35,391 bases of DNA from a virus (Duplodnaviria > Caudoviricetes). A program made the translations under genes and the position numbers. A model generated the notes under the pieces. That model saw nothing but the letters and a program-made list of their open reading frames with translations, was not told where the DNA came from and ran no database searches. The first letter of the stretch is position 1; every line of letters begins with the position of its first letter. Positions 1 through 7,813 of this stretch are shown piece after piece. Location: positions 1-35,391 of the IMG/VR virus record IMGVR_UViG_3300008255_000278; one strand, written 5' to 3'.

Positions 1-1
1 C

Positions 2-187
2 TACGCGGGAAATGTCTCCGTTATGCATGAGTGCCAGCCCGCCGAGAACTTGCTGGAAATCATGGGACTGATGACAATGACGCATTTTGAGATTGGCGGC
101 GTAGAATACAAAGTCCTTTCCCGCCGGTTCGGTTGCGGGGGCGACTCGCGTTTCGAAGTGCGTATGACGGCGGAGGTGGCGGCATGA
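2..187 (+). CDS. Partial hypothetical protein (5' end outside window)
   Basis: Open frame YAGNVSVMHECQPAENLL...AEVAA ends at TGA 185-187, overlapping the next ATG (ATGA). Confidence 0.45.
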   Translation, partial: YAGNVSVMHECQPAENLLEIMGLMTMTHFEIGGVEYKVLSRRFGCGGDSRFEVRMTAEVAA

Positions 188-384
188 TGAAAAAGCTAAC
201 CTTCATATTCGAGTACAGGAACGGCTGGGGTGACTCGAGCAGGGCCGTTCAAGCTGATAAGCTGTCGGAAGCCATCGAACTATTCAAGGCGAGCGTGCCT
301 GTAGACAGTGTAACGCCCGAAACAATCGTCGAGGAGTGCCTAACCCACGTCACGGTAGCGCGAAATGTGGAGTCGGAGCAATGA
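184..384 (+). CDS. Small hypothetical protein
   Basis: GGAGG Shine-Dalgarno at 172-176; ATGA overlaps at both ends; MMKKLTFIFEY... Confidence 0.6.
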   Translation: MMKKLTFIFEYRNGWGDSSRAVQADKLSEAIELFKASVPVDSVTPETIVEECLTHVTVARNVESEQ

Positions 385-639
385 CACCGCAGCAATACAT
401 CATAGCACAGTGCGTGTGAGTTCGCGCCGACGCTATATGAGTGCAGGACGTGCCATAGGGTTAGACCGGATGGCGTGCTGCCTTGCGATTGCGAGCATAC
501 GAGGGAGAGAGTTGTTGACCCGCTAAAGGTGTGGAGAAAAGTGATAAAGGAGTTTGAAATGAACGAAGAACGCGAATGCGTCGTATACGACGGGATTGTT
601 CCCGGCTGGAAATTAGCCCGGGAGATTGTTGACAAATAA
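381..639 (+). pseudogene. Frameshifted Cys-rich hypothetical protein
   Basis: ATG 381 (MTPQQYIIAQCV) stops at 419. A different frame, open from 406, reads CEFAPTLYECRTCHR...CDCEH...IVDK to TAA 639. Confidence 0.4.
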
Positions 640-659
640 AATACGAAAGGTAGAAGAGT

Positions 660-1028
660 ATGAAAAGAAGTATTAGTATATTTTTAGTTTCGATGTTAGT
701 TGCAGCGGTTGTAACAGCAGGAGTACGTAACATCGTGCGCAGAACCTTTAGCGGTTCTGGTTTGTATACTGTAACTGCCACTGCACCCGCATTTCCCGGA
801 CTGACATCTGTAGATATGACTTTCGCGGACGGGCCTGTTTCTACAAGCTTTACCTTATGGTATGAATATGCCGGTGTTAAGCACACACTAGTATCAACCT
901 CAACATCATCTGTTACTACGTTAGTGTACTATTTTCCAAATCCGTACTTCCTACGTGAAGGTGGAATTGTTACGTGGTCGAATTCAGCGGCGGATGCTGC
1001 TGTGATAACGCTTCACTTAGAGAACTAA
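660..1028 (+). CDS. Hypothetical beta-rich protein with signal-peptide-like N-terminus
   Basis: MKR followed by a hydrophobic stretch; Ser/Thr-rich body; purine-rich upstream region. Confidence 0.65.
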   Translation: MKRSISIFLVSMLVAAVVTAGVRNIVRRTFSGSGLYTVTATAPAFPGLTSVDMTFADGPVSTSFTLWYEYAGVKHTLVSTSTSSVTTLVYYFPNPYFLREGGIVTWSNSAADAAVITLHLEN

Positions 1029-1037
1029 GGAGCAGCC

Positions 1038-1622
1038 ATGATCAAGCCAATAAGGTATACAATCGCATTTTTGATTTTACTTAGTCATTTGGCTATAGCT
1101 CAGTCGGGTATTCTTGTTATTGATGGTGTTACTACATCGGGAGGAGTTCCGGGGCCGCAAGGCGAAGTTGGTCCTCAGGGACCTCCAGGAGTTGATGCTG
1201 TTAATCAGGGTGATGTTTATACGTCAAGCAATAACACGTACTCGGCTGGTACAACTCAGGCCTTTGCAAACGCCACAGTTACTAATACCGCTAATGCTGA
1301 AATCGATGTTGTCAATTTACTAACAATGACCAACTATGCTCGAAGTGGTTGGGGGAACATCATTAATGCCACCAATGACTATACCCTTACGGCCAATGAT
1401 TATACCGTTCTAGCTAATGGCTCGAATAGCGCTGTAACACTCTCCCTGCCCTCGCCGAATGCTGTAGGGAAACTATACAACATCAAGTGTATTGAAGACA
1501 GCAATACGGTTCTAGTGAATCCCAATGAATCTTCGATAGATGGAGCTACTAATAACTTCCAATTGATAAAGCACGAGAGCATAACTATTCAGTCAGATGG
1601 ACTAAATTGGTGGATACTGTAA
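1038..1622 (+). CDS. Fibre/appendage-like protein with short collagen-like repeat and signal-peptide-like N-terminus
   Basis: Gly-X-Y run GVPGPQGEVGPQGPPGVD; C-terminal YTLT...VTLSLP...IDGA...SDG.NWWI domain resembling phage fibre proteins; TAAGGAG SD. Confidence 0.6.
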   Translation: MIKPIRYTIAFLILLSHLAIAQSGILVIDGVTTSGGVPGPQGEVGPQGPPGVDAVNQGDVYTSSNNTYSAGTTQAFANATVTNTANAEIDVVNLLTMTNYARSGWGNIINATNDYTLTANDYTVLANGSNSAVTLSLPSPNAVGKLYNIKCIEDSNTVLVNPNESSIDGATNNFQLIKHESITIQSDGLNWWIL

Positions 1623-1634
1623 TTAAGGAATGAA

Positions 1635-3404
1635 ATGAGCGAGCTACGAAAAGTATTTGTATCAGACGAAAGCGGGCGGACTGCTAACGTAAAAGAGAAT
1701 TCCAACACAACCAGCAAGGAACTATTGGTTAATCTTGAAGGCCACCAGTGCCCTCAGAATTCTACTGTAATTCCTCTTGGTATAGATGGTGTGTTCACTG
1801 GTTCGGGTTGGCAAGATACGTTAGACTATGGAGTTCTGAGCATCAATGTGTTCAGTGATCAGGACTCAGCGGTCGATGGTCTGGAGGTCCAGTGGAGTTA
1901 TGATGGAATAACACTTAATGGTGACCGAGATCATTTCACGATTCTGGCCGGCGTATCAAAGACATTCACCTTCGGCCCAGCGCAACGATACTATCGAATT
2001 GTTTACACCAATGGTCCGATCGCTCAAATGGAATTCCATTTGAGTTCTCTTTTGCGGAGATGCTATGTTAAGCCTAGTTCGCATAGGATAACTGATATGA
2101 TTGTTGGGGAAGATGATGCAGAATTGATTAAGTCAGTTCTAACAGGACGCACTCCATCAGGCCTATTCAACAACGTTAATCTTACCAGTAAATCAAATTT
2201 GAAAATGAGCATAGATGAATATGGAGATACTCCTTCCATTGATGCATTTGCTCGGCTGAGAATATCTGAACCCTATACCCTATTTGATTCTAAGCAATTA
2301 CATGACAAGCAACCCTTATTCTGGGATGAGACGATTGGGGGCAGTGCGACCAGCGTTCATGTTCCGGCCAATGCTTGCACGACCATGGCTGTTACAGCAA
2401 GTGCTGATGATTATGTTATACGTCAAACTAAGATTCGACCTAATTATCAACCGGGAAAATCGCAGTTAATCTTTATGACGTTTTATGGCTCTGCTGAAGA
2501 AGGCACTGTAAAACGTGTTGGATTATTTGATGGTACTGGCACTAATAATCTCACGCCAAATAATGGTATATTCTTCGAATCAGATGGATCTACATCATGG
2601 AATATCTGCAAGGCGGGTGTTATAACAGAATCTGTAAATCAAACGTCGTGGAATCTCGATAAGCTAGATGGTACCGGCACTAGTGCGTTAACCCTTAATA
2701 GAGATTCTGTGCAAATCGCTATAATTGACTTTGAATGGTTAGGCGCAGGGCGAGTTCGAGTAGGATTTGTAATAAACGGATTAATCGTTTATGTTCATCA
2801 ATTTAACCACGCGAATTATTCCGATTACAAGTCAGTGTATATGTCAACACCTAATCTTCCTCTAAGGTACTCTATTCAGAGCGATGGTACAGGAGGCGGG
2901 ACATTCGATCACATTTGCTCTACAGTGATCAGCGAGGGTGGTATTGAAAAAACCGGTGTGATGAGATCTGCTGATAACGATCTATTACCTGTAGTAGCTA
3001 CTGTCGCGGGCACTTCGTACGCGTTGTTAGGCATCAAATTGAAATCTACATATAATGATATCACAATATTGCCTACAAGATTATCGGCATTGTCTGTAGA
3101 TAAAGATATATTACGGTGGAGACTGATACTAAATCCTACAGTAGCTGGTACGTTTACATATAACGACTTGGTCAGTTCTGCCGTGCAAGTGGCTATAGGT
3201 GCTTCTGCTAATACTGTGACCGGAGGCGTTATCATAGCTAGTGGCTATATTTTTGAACAGAGTTTGTCAAGTGAAGATTTACAAACTGCGCTAACTATAG
3301 GTACAAATTTAGCAGGTGCTAGCGATGCATTGGTGTTATGTTTCACTAGTTTATCGGGCAATAAGCGTGCGCTGGGCAGTATCACATGGAGAGAGCTATT
3401 ATAA
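1635..3404 (+). CDS. Conserved phage hypothetical, probable virion structural protein
   Basis: Motifs DAFARLRISEP.TLFDS, YQPGKSQ, WN.DKLDGTG and DFEWLGAGRVRVGF, which I recognise from large-phage structural proteins; AAGGA SD. Confidence 0.65.
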   Translation: MSELRKVFVSDESGRTANVKENSNTTSKELLVNLEGHQCPQNSTVIPLGIDGVFTGSGWQDTLDYGVLSINVFSDQDSAVDGLEVQWSYDGITLNGDRDHFTILAGVSKTFTFGPAQRYYRIVYTNGPIAQMEFHLSSLLRRCYVKPSSHRITDMIVGEDDAELIKSVLTGRTPSGLFNNVNLTSKSNLKMSIDEYGDTPSIDAFARLRISEPYTLFDSKQLHDKQPLFWDETIGGSATSVHVPANACTTMAVTASADDYVIRQTKIRPNYQPGKSQLIFMTFYGSAEEGTVKRVGLFDGTGTNNLTPNNGIFFESDGSTSWNICKAGVITESVNQTSWNLDKLDGTGTSALTLNRDSVQIAIIDFEWLGAGRVRVGFVINGLIVYVHQFNHANYSDYKSVYMSTPNLPLRYSIQSDGTGGGTFDHICSTVISEGGIEKTGVMRSADNDLLPVVATVAGTSYALLGIKLKSTYNDITILPTRLSALSVDKDILRWRLILNPTVAGTFTYNDLVSSAVQVAIGASANTVTGGVIIASGYIFEQSLSSEDLQTALTIGTNLAGASDALVLCFTSLSGNKRALGSITWRELL

Positions 3405-3432
3405 ACGATTAGATTACTAAGTATTCTAATTG

Positions 3433-3440
3433 TATAAATA
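3433..3440 (+). promoter_or_regulatory. T4-type late promoter
   Basis: TATAAATA in an intergenic region. Confidence 0.7.
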
Positions 3441-3470
3441 ACAATAATTAAAAGAGATGAGAGGGTTTGT

Positions 3471-3617
3471 ATGAAAAATATGTATATTCTGATGGCGATG
3501 TTGATGACTAGTTTTGCTCTCGCGCAGGAGCCGGCTCCGGTTGTGCTTGATGTAGCATCGGATGGATCGGCCGCGAATAGTCTGTGGGCGGAGATTCTGA
3601 TCAAGAAACCACTGTGA
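3471..3617 (+). CDS. Small signal-peptide-bearing ORF (possibly a frameshifted remnant)
   Basis: GAGGG SD; MKNMYILMAMLMTSFALA/QEPAP..., 48 aa. Confidence 0.5.
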   Translation: MKNMYILMAMLMTSFALAQEPAPVVLDVASDGSAANSLWAEILIKKPL

Positions 3618-3703
3618 TTAATGTCACTGGTGATGGCAACACTGTCGCCATTGATAACAGCAGACCTGCACAGTAATAAACTACTTTATTGGAATTCCAG
3701 CAA

Positions 3704-4156
3704 ATGAAATATCTATTAATCATATTGGTTTTAGCAGTTGGTTGTGTTCACACTGACACTGCTACTCAAATTATCGATATCATTATTGATAAGCCAGTTG
3801 CTATAGAAGCTCCCACTTCTACTCTTCCAGATAATCCTTCGATTCCACCAGCTCCTCCCAACACCAATAATCAGTCGTTTGAAATCATGCATAAAGAGTA
3901 TGATTCAAGTTGGCGGATTCGTTGGCCTTCAGCATTTGCAGAATTTGCTGGGCCAGGTAGTTATACTATGCTAGATGGTTTGCATCGTGCAGAATTTAGA
4001 AGTTGGGATACTGATAATGGCGCCAATCGGCCATCATACACAATGCCATATAGTGCTTGGAATGGTGCTGGTGAAGTGCTAGCTATTCTCTATGATAAAA
4101 ATGAAATTGCACGAGGTTGGGTTCGTAGAGTTGCAGGAGTTCGAGGTCCGATGTGA
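3704..4156 (+). CDS. Putative lipoprotein
   Basis: MKYLLIILVLAVG-C lipobox-like signal followed by a Pro-rich linker. Confidence 0.6.
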   Translation: MKYLLIILVLAVGCVHTDTATQIIDIIIDKPVAIEAPTSTLPDNPSIPPAPPNTNNQSFEIMHKEYDSSWRIRWPSAFAEFAGPGSYTMLDGLHRAEFRSWDTDNGANRPSYTMPYSAWNGAGEVLAILYDKNEIARGWVRRVAGVRGPM

Positions 4157-4205
4157 ACATAATGAATCACTATAATAAACATCTAACAAAGATTTGACTA
4201 ACTAT

Positions 4206-4460
4206 ATGACTCAGTATTCAGACCAATTTCTAATTGAAAAACATAAAGTCAGCGATCTATTCGCTAAACTAGATGATATCTACACTCAAACGAAACTCAC
4301 CAATGGTCGGGTTTCGGAACTTGAAAAACGCAGTCTGGGTTTATGGATTCATAATCATCAGACTAGAACCATATTATTCATATGCGCGTTATTTTCAATA
4401 TTGATATCTGATATTCGCCATCCCGTACTTGGTTTGGTTTGTAAATTACTTCTACCGTAG
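4206..4460 (+). CDS. Small membrane protein, holin-like candidate
   Basis: Coiled N-terminus with TNGRV..LE motif and a C-terminal hydrophobic helix (TILFICALFSILI). Confidence 0.45.
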   Translation: MTQYSDQFLIEKHKVSDLFAKLDDIYTQTKLTNGRVSELEKRSLGLWIHNHQTRTILFICALFSILISDIRHPVLGLVCKLLLP

Positions 4461-4467
4461 GTGTTAT

Positions 4468-4623
4468 ATGTTAAGCTCAGCAATCACACTCCCTCTTGCA
4501 GCAATAGGTAAAAAAATACTTAATAGACTATGGGATGTTCTATATCGCCGATCAAAAATTAGAGAGGAAAACCGTAATGAAGAAAACACTCTTACTATTA
4601 TTCGTAATGAGCATACTGCTTAG
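4468..4623 (+). CDS. Small protein, possible inner-spanin-like
   Basis: AGGTG SD; weakly hydrophobic N-terminus, charged C-terminus; overlapped by a lipoprotein ORF. Confidence 0.4.
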   Translation: MLSSAITLPLAAIGKKILNRLWDVLYRRSKIREENRNEENTLTIIRNEHTA

Positions 4624-4693
4624 CGGCTGCGCTACGTATGATAAGGTTAATATCTTCTTGTATGATGTTATCCATAGCGAAGAAGTTGATTAA
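4577..4693 (+). CDS. Small lipoprotein (38 aa), possible outer-spanin-like
   Basis: GAGG SD; MKKTLLLLFVMSILLSG-CATYDKV...; LSGC lipobox; absent from the ORF track. Confidence 0.6.
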   Translation: MKKTLLLLFVMSILLSGCATYDKVNIFLYDVIHSEEVD

Positions 4694-4703
4694 CACCAAT
4701 CCG

Positions 4704-4711
4704 TATAAATA
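4704..4711 (+). promoter_or_regulatory. T4-type late promoter (gp13)
   Basis: TATAAATA with 5 nt before ATG 4717. Confidence 0.8.
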
Positions 4712-4716
4712 ATACT

Positions 4717-5463
4717 ATGGCAAAACCAACATCTAGAGCAGCGTTAATCGATTATTGTTTAAGATCATTAGGAGCACCGGTGGTCGAAATCAATGTCGCA
4801 CCGGAACAACTCGATGATAGAGTTGATGAAGCGATTCAATTATATCAAGAGTATCATACCGATGCGACCTTTGAGCATTATCGTAAGCATAAGGTTACTC
4901 AGATAGATTTGGACAACGAGTATATTACACTTCCTGAAGATCTGATATATGTTTCCAGATTATTACCAATTGGTCATATCGGATCAACTAATGAATTCTC
5001 GCTTGAATACCAATTGCGCCTTGAAGATGTCTATAACCTAATAAGTGGTAGTATCATTGATTTTGCAATGGCACAGATGTATCGAAGTACTTTAGATATG
5101 GTTTTCGATAATGGCAATGACCAAAAGATTAGATTTAATCGGCATCTGAATCGCCTCTATATTGATGGTGGTCTAGGTGAGGAGTTCAATCTTGGGGATT
5201 GGATGATCATTGAAGGTTATTCAGCCATCAATCCCAATACCTATCCTGATATCTATAATGACATGTTTCTGAAACGCTATTTGACCGCCCTGATCAAAAA
5301 GAATTGGGGAACCAACATGAAGAAATTCACAGGAATGCAATTACCGGGTGGTATCGAAATAAACGGACAGACTATCTACGACGAAGCAGTTGAGGAAATC
5401 AAAACGATCGAAGAAACAATGCAGAAACGTTATGAGTTTCCGCCAATGATGGCTATTGGGTAA
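4717..5463 (+). CDS. 13: Neck protein gp13
   Basis: LIDYCLR.LGAPV.EINV, WG.N..KF.G.QLPGG; synteny. Confidence 0.93.
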   Translation: MAKPTSRAALIDYCLRSLGAPVVEINVAPEQLDDRVDEAIQLYQEYHTDATFEHYRKHKVTQIDLDNEYITLPEDLIYVSRLLPIGHIGSTNEFSLEYQLRLEDVYNLISGSIIDFAMAQMYRSTLDMVFDNGNDQKIRFNRHLNRLYIDGGLGEEFNLGDWMIIEGYSAINPNTYPDIYNDMFLKRYLTALIKKNWGTNMKKFTGMQLPGGIEINGQTIYDEAVEEIKTIEETMQKRYEFPPMMAIG

Positions 5464-5467
5464 TATC

Positions 5468-6400
5468 ATGGCCACAAACCAATATGTCAATTCCTTTAAT
5501 AACGGGCTTTCGGGTGAACAGGGTCTTTATGAAGATCTAATTATCGAATCTATCAAGATGTATGGGTTCGATGCCTTATACCTTCCTCGAAACATTGCCG
5601 GCGTTGATACCATTCTTAATGAAGAGATTTTATCAAAGTTCGATAAATCGTATGCTGTTGAAATGTATCTTCTAGAAGCAGATGGTTTCGGGGGCGAAGA
5701 TTTTCTTAGCAAGTTTGGTGTAACAGTAGCTGATACGTGCACTCTTGTTGTAGCAGTTAAGCGTTGGAAAACACTCGTCCAAAACGATCTAAACAATATT
5801 GATCCCACCAGAGATCGACCATATGAAGGCGATTTAATCTATCTTCCATTTTCCAAGTCTCTATTCGAAATTCGGTTCGTTGAAGATCAAGAACAGTTCT
5901 ATCGCTTAAACCATTTACCAACTTATCAGTTGCGATGTGAACTCTTCAGATATGAAAGCCAAGATTTTGATACTGGCGTTGCTGCTATTGATGATCTAGA
6001 ATCGCGGTGGGCAGATATTACTAATGTTAGAATTTCTATAGTCGCAGGAACCTTTATTAAGAATGAGAAGGTGACACTAACTACAGAAGATGGTGTTATC
6101 ATTCGCGCAGAAATTGTTAGAGCGCCTAGAACACTCTCTAGTGATCTGTACGGCCTAGCGAATATATCTTATCCAGCGGGAGAGTTCGAGAGTCTTGATG
6201 GTGGCACCAGCATCTCTGGTGATACATCGGGTGCTGAAGGTATAGTGACAGTTGTAATTGGACTAGATGATCCGTACACCATAGCAGATCCATATATGCC
6301 CGAGATATTGAATACACCGTTTGAAGATAACGCTGCATTTGAACTTAAGAAGCCCGATTTCATTGACTTTAGTCTAGACAATCCATTTGGAGATTTATAA
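5468..6400 (+). CDS. 14: Neck/head-closure protein gp14 with C-terminal extension
   Basis: EQ.L.EDLI.ESI..YG...YLPR, RP.EGDLIYLP, C-terminal NPFG. Confidence 0.92.
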   Translation: MATNQYVNSFNNGLSGEQGLYEDLIIESIKMYGFDALYLPRNIAGVDTILNEEILSKFDKSYAVEMYLLEADGFGGEDFLSKFGVTVADTCTLVVAVKRWKTLVQNDLNNIDPTRDRPYEGDLIYLPFSKSLFEIRFVEDQEQFYRLNHLPTYQLRCELFRYESQDFDTGVAAIDDLESRWADITNVRISIVAGTFIKNEKVTLTTEDGVIIRAEIVRAPRTLSSDLYGLANISYPAGEFESLDGGTSISGDTSGAEGIVTVVIGLDDPYTIADPYMPEILNTPFEDNAAFELKKPDFIDFSLDNPFGDL

Positions 6401-7368
6401 TGCCAGCAGCAACTGCAGAATCATACTTCTATTATGGCACTACTCGAAAGATTGTAACAGTCTTTGGCGCGTTCTTTAATGACATATACACTGGCCGGAA
6501 GCTTGAAGATGGAACTCTAGCTAATTTGGCCAGAGTCCCGTTATCATATGGTCCAAGAAGCAAATTTCTAGCACGGATTAATGAATTGAAGGCTTCAGAT
6601 TCGATTGCAATAAAATTACCTCGGATGGCGTTTGAGCTTGTTGGAATGTCTTTAGATAATAATTCGAAAGTAAATCCTCTTAATCGCCGGAAGTTTTGCA
6701 CCGCAGCAGAGACTGGCACGGCTAATGCAGCGTTCGCGGCCGTGCCGTATATTCTAACATTCTCATTGGATATATTTGGCCGAACCCAGGATGATGTTTT
6801 GCAGATTCTAGAACAGATCATTCCAATATTCACACCAGATTATACTGTCGCGATCAAGGATATGGAAGGTCCTGGAACACTCTCGCAAATACCTTTTACA
6901 TTAACGGATATATCTTTAAGCGATGAATATGCTGGTGATTTTGAACCGGCCAGACCTATCGTCTACACCTTGGGATTTTCGGTTAAGGTTAAGTACCTTG
7001 GAGCAATAACTAGAAATTACATCATTGAAAGAGCGATGGTTAATTTTCGGGATTCTGATACCTCCAACTTTTTGGGCGAAAAACAAGTAGCTGTTCAGAA
7101 TGATGATACGCCAATTTCATATGTTTCAAACGTTAATCCAGATCAATCGTATGAAATTGAATTCAATGATGATGTAGATTATGTTATAGGCGAGAATATC
7201 ATTGGAGCAAGTAGTGGGTATGCAGGCTTAATCTTAGAAGTGAAAAGCACATCAGTGGTTATAAATAGACTTGAGAACTTACTCATTCCAGGTGAGATAT
7301 TGATTGGACAGGTATCGCGAGAATCTAAAGCGTTTACCAGTATTACATTATATGAAAACGAATCCTAA
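6400..7368 (+). CDS. 15: Tail sheath stabiliser/terminator gp15
   Basis: FG..FNDI, VPLSYGP..KFL, LPRMAFE, LQILEQIIP.F.P. Confidence 0.92.
   Translation: MPAATAESYFYYGTTRKIVTVFGAFFNDIYTGRKLEDGTLANLARVPLSYGPRSKFLARINELKASDSIAIKLPRMAFELVGMSLDNNSKVNPLNRRKFCTAAETGTANAAFAAVPYILTFSLDIFGRTQDDVLQILEQIIPIFTPDYTVAIKDMEGPGTLSQIPFTLTDISLSDEYAGDFEPARPIVYTLGFSVKVKYLGAITRNYIIERAMVNFRDSDTSNFLGEKQVAVQNDDTPISYVSNVNPDQSYEIEFNDDVDYVIGENIIGASSGYAGLILEVKSTSVVINRLENLLIPGEILIGQVSRESKAFTSITLYENES
7260..7267 (+). promoter_or_regulatory. Late promoter inside gene 15, serving terminase genes
   Basis: TATAAATA about 85 nt upstream of the gp16 start. Confidence 0.6.
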
Positions 7369-7813
7369 AGAAGCGCTAACCAAGACGTATCAGGCGCAGT
7401 TAGCCGAAACAAAACGCGCAGCAGAATCAATAAAATTATCAGCCGATGCTGATGAGGATTATAATGAAGCACGAGCTGTGCTTAAAAGACTTCTGCAACA
7501 AACTGATCAGGCACTAGGATCGCTAATGGCACTGGCCGAAGATTGCGAACATCCCCGAGCATATGAAGTGTTGGCTGGATTGTTAAAGACATCGGGTGAT
7601 CTCGCTGCACAATTGATTGACCTTCAAAAGAAACGCCACGAGCTAGACGTGATGAATAATCCAACAAAGGCTAAGGTTTCGCCAGTTGGAATTACATCAA
7701 CCACTAATAACGCAATCTTTGTAGGATCCACGACAGAATTGCAACGAATCATTAAAGGAACTGCTGAGAAGTTCATAGACATCACTGCAGAGGAGTTGGC
7801 CAATGACGAATAA
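7352..7813 (+). CDS. 16: Terminase small subunit gp16
   Basis: DY..AR, HPRAYEV, NNAIFVGST.ELQ; ATG 7352 preferred over TTG 7304. Confidence 0.92.
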   Translation: MKTNPKEALTKTYQAQLAETKRAAESIKLSADADEDYNEARAVLKRLLQQTDQALGSLMALAEDCEHPRAYEVLAGLLKTSGDLAAQLIDLQKKRHELDVMNNPTKAKVSPVGITSTTNNAIFVGSTTELQRIIKGTAEKFIDITAEELANDE

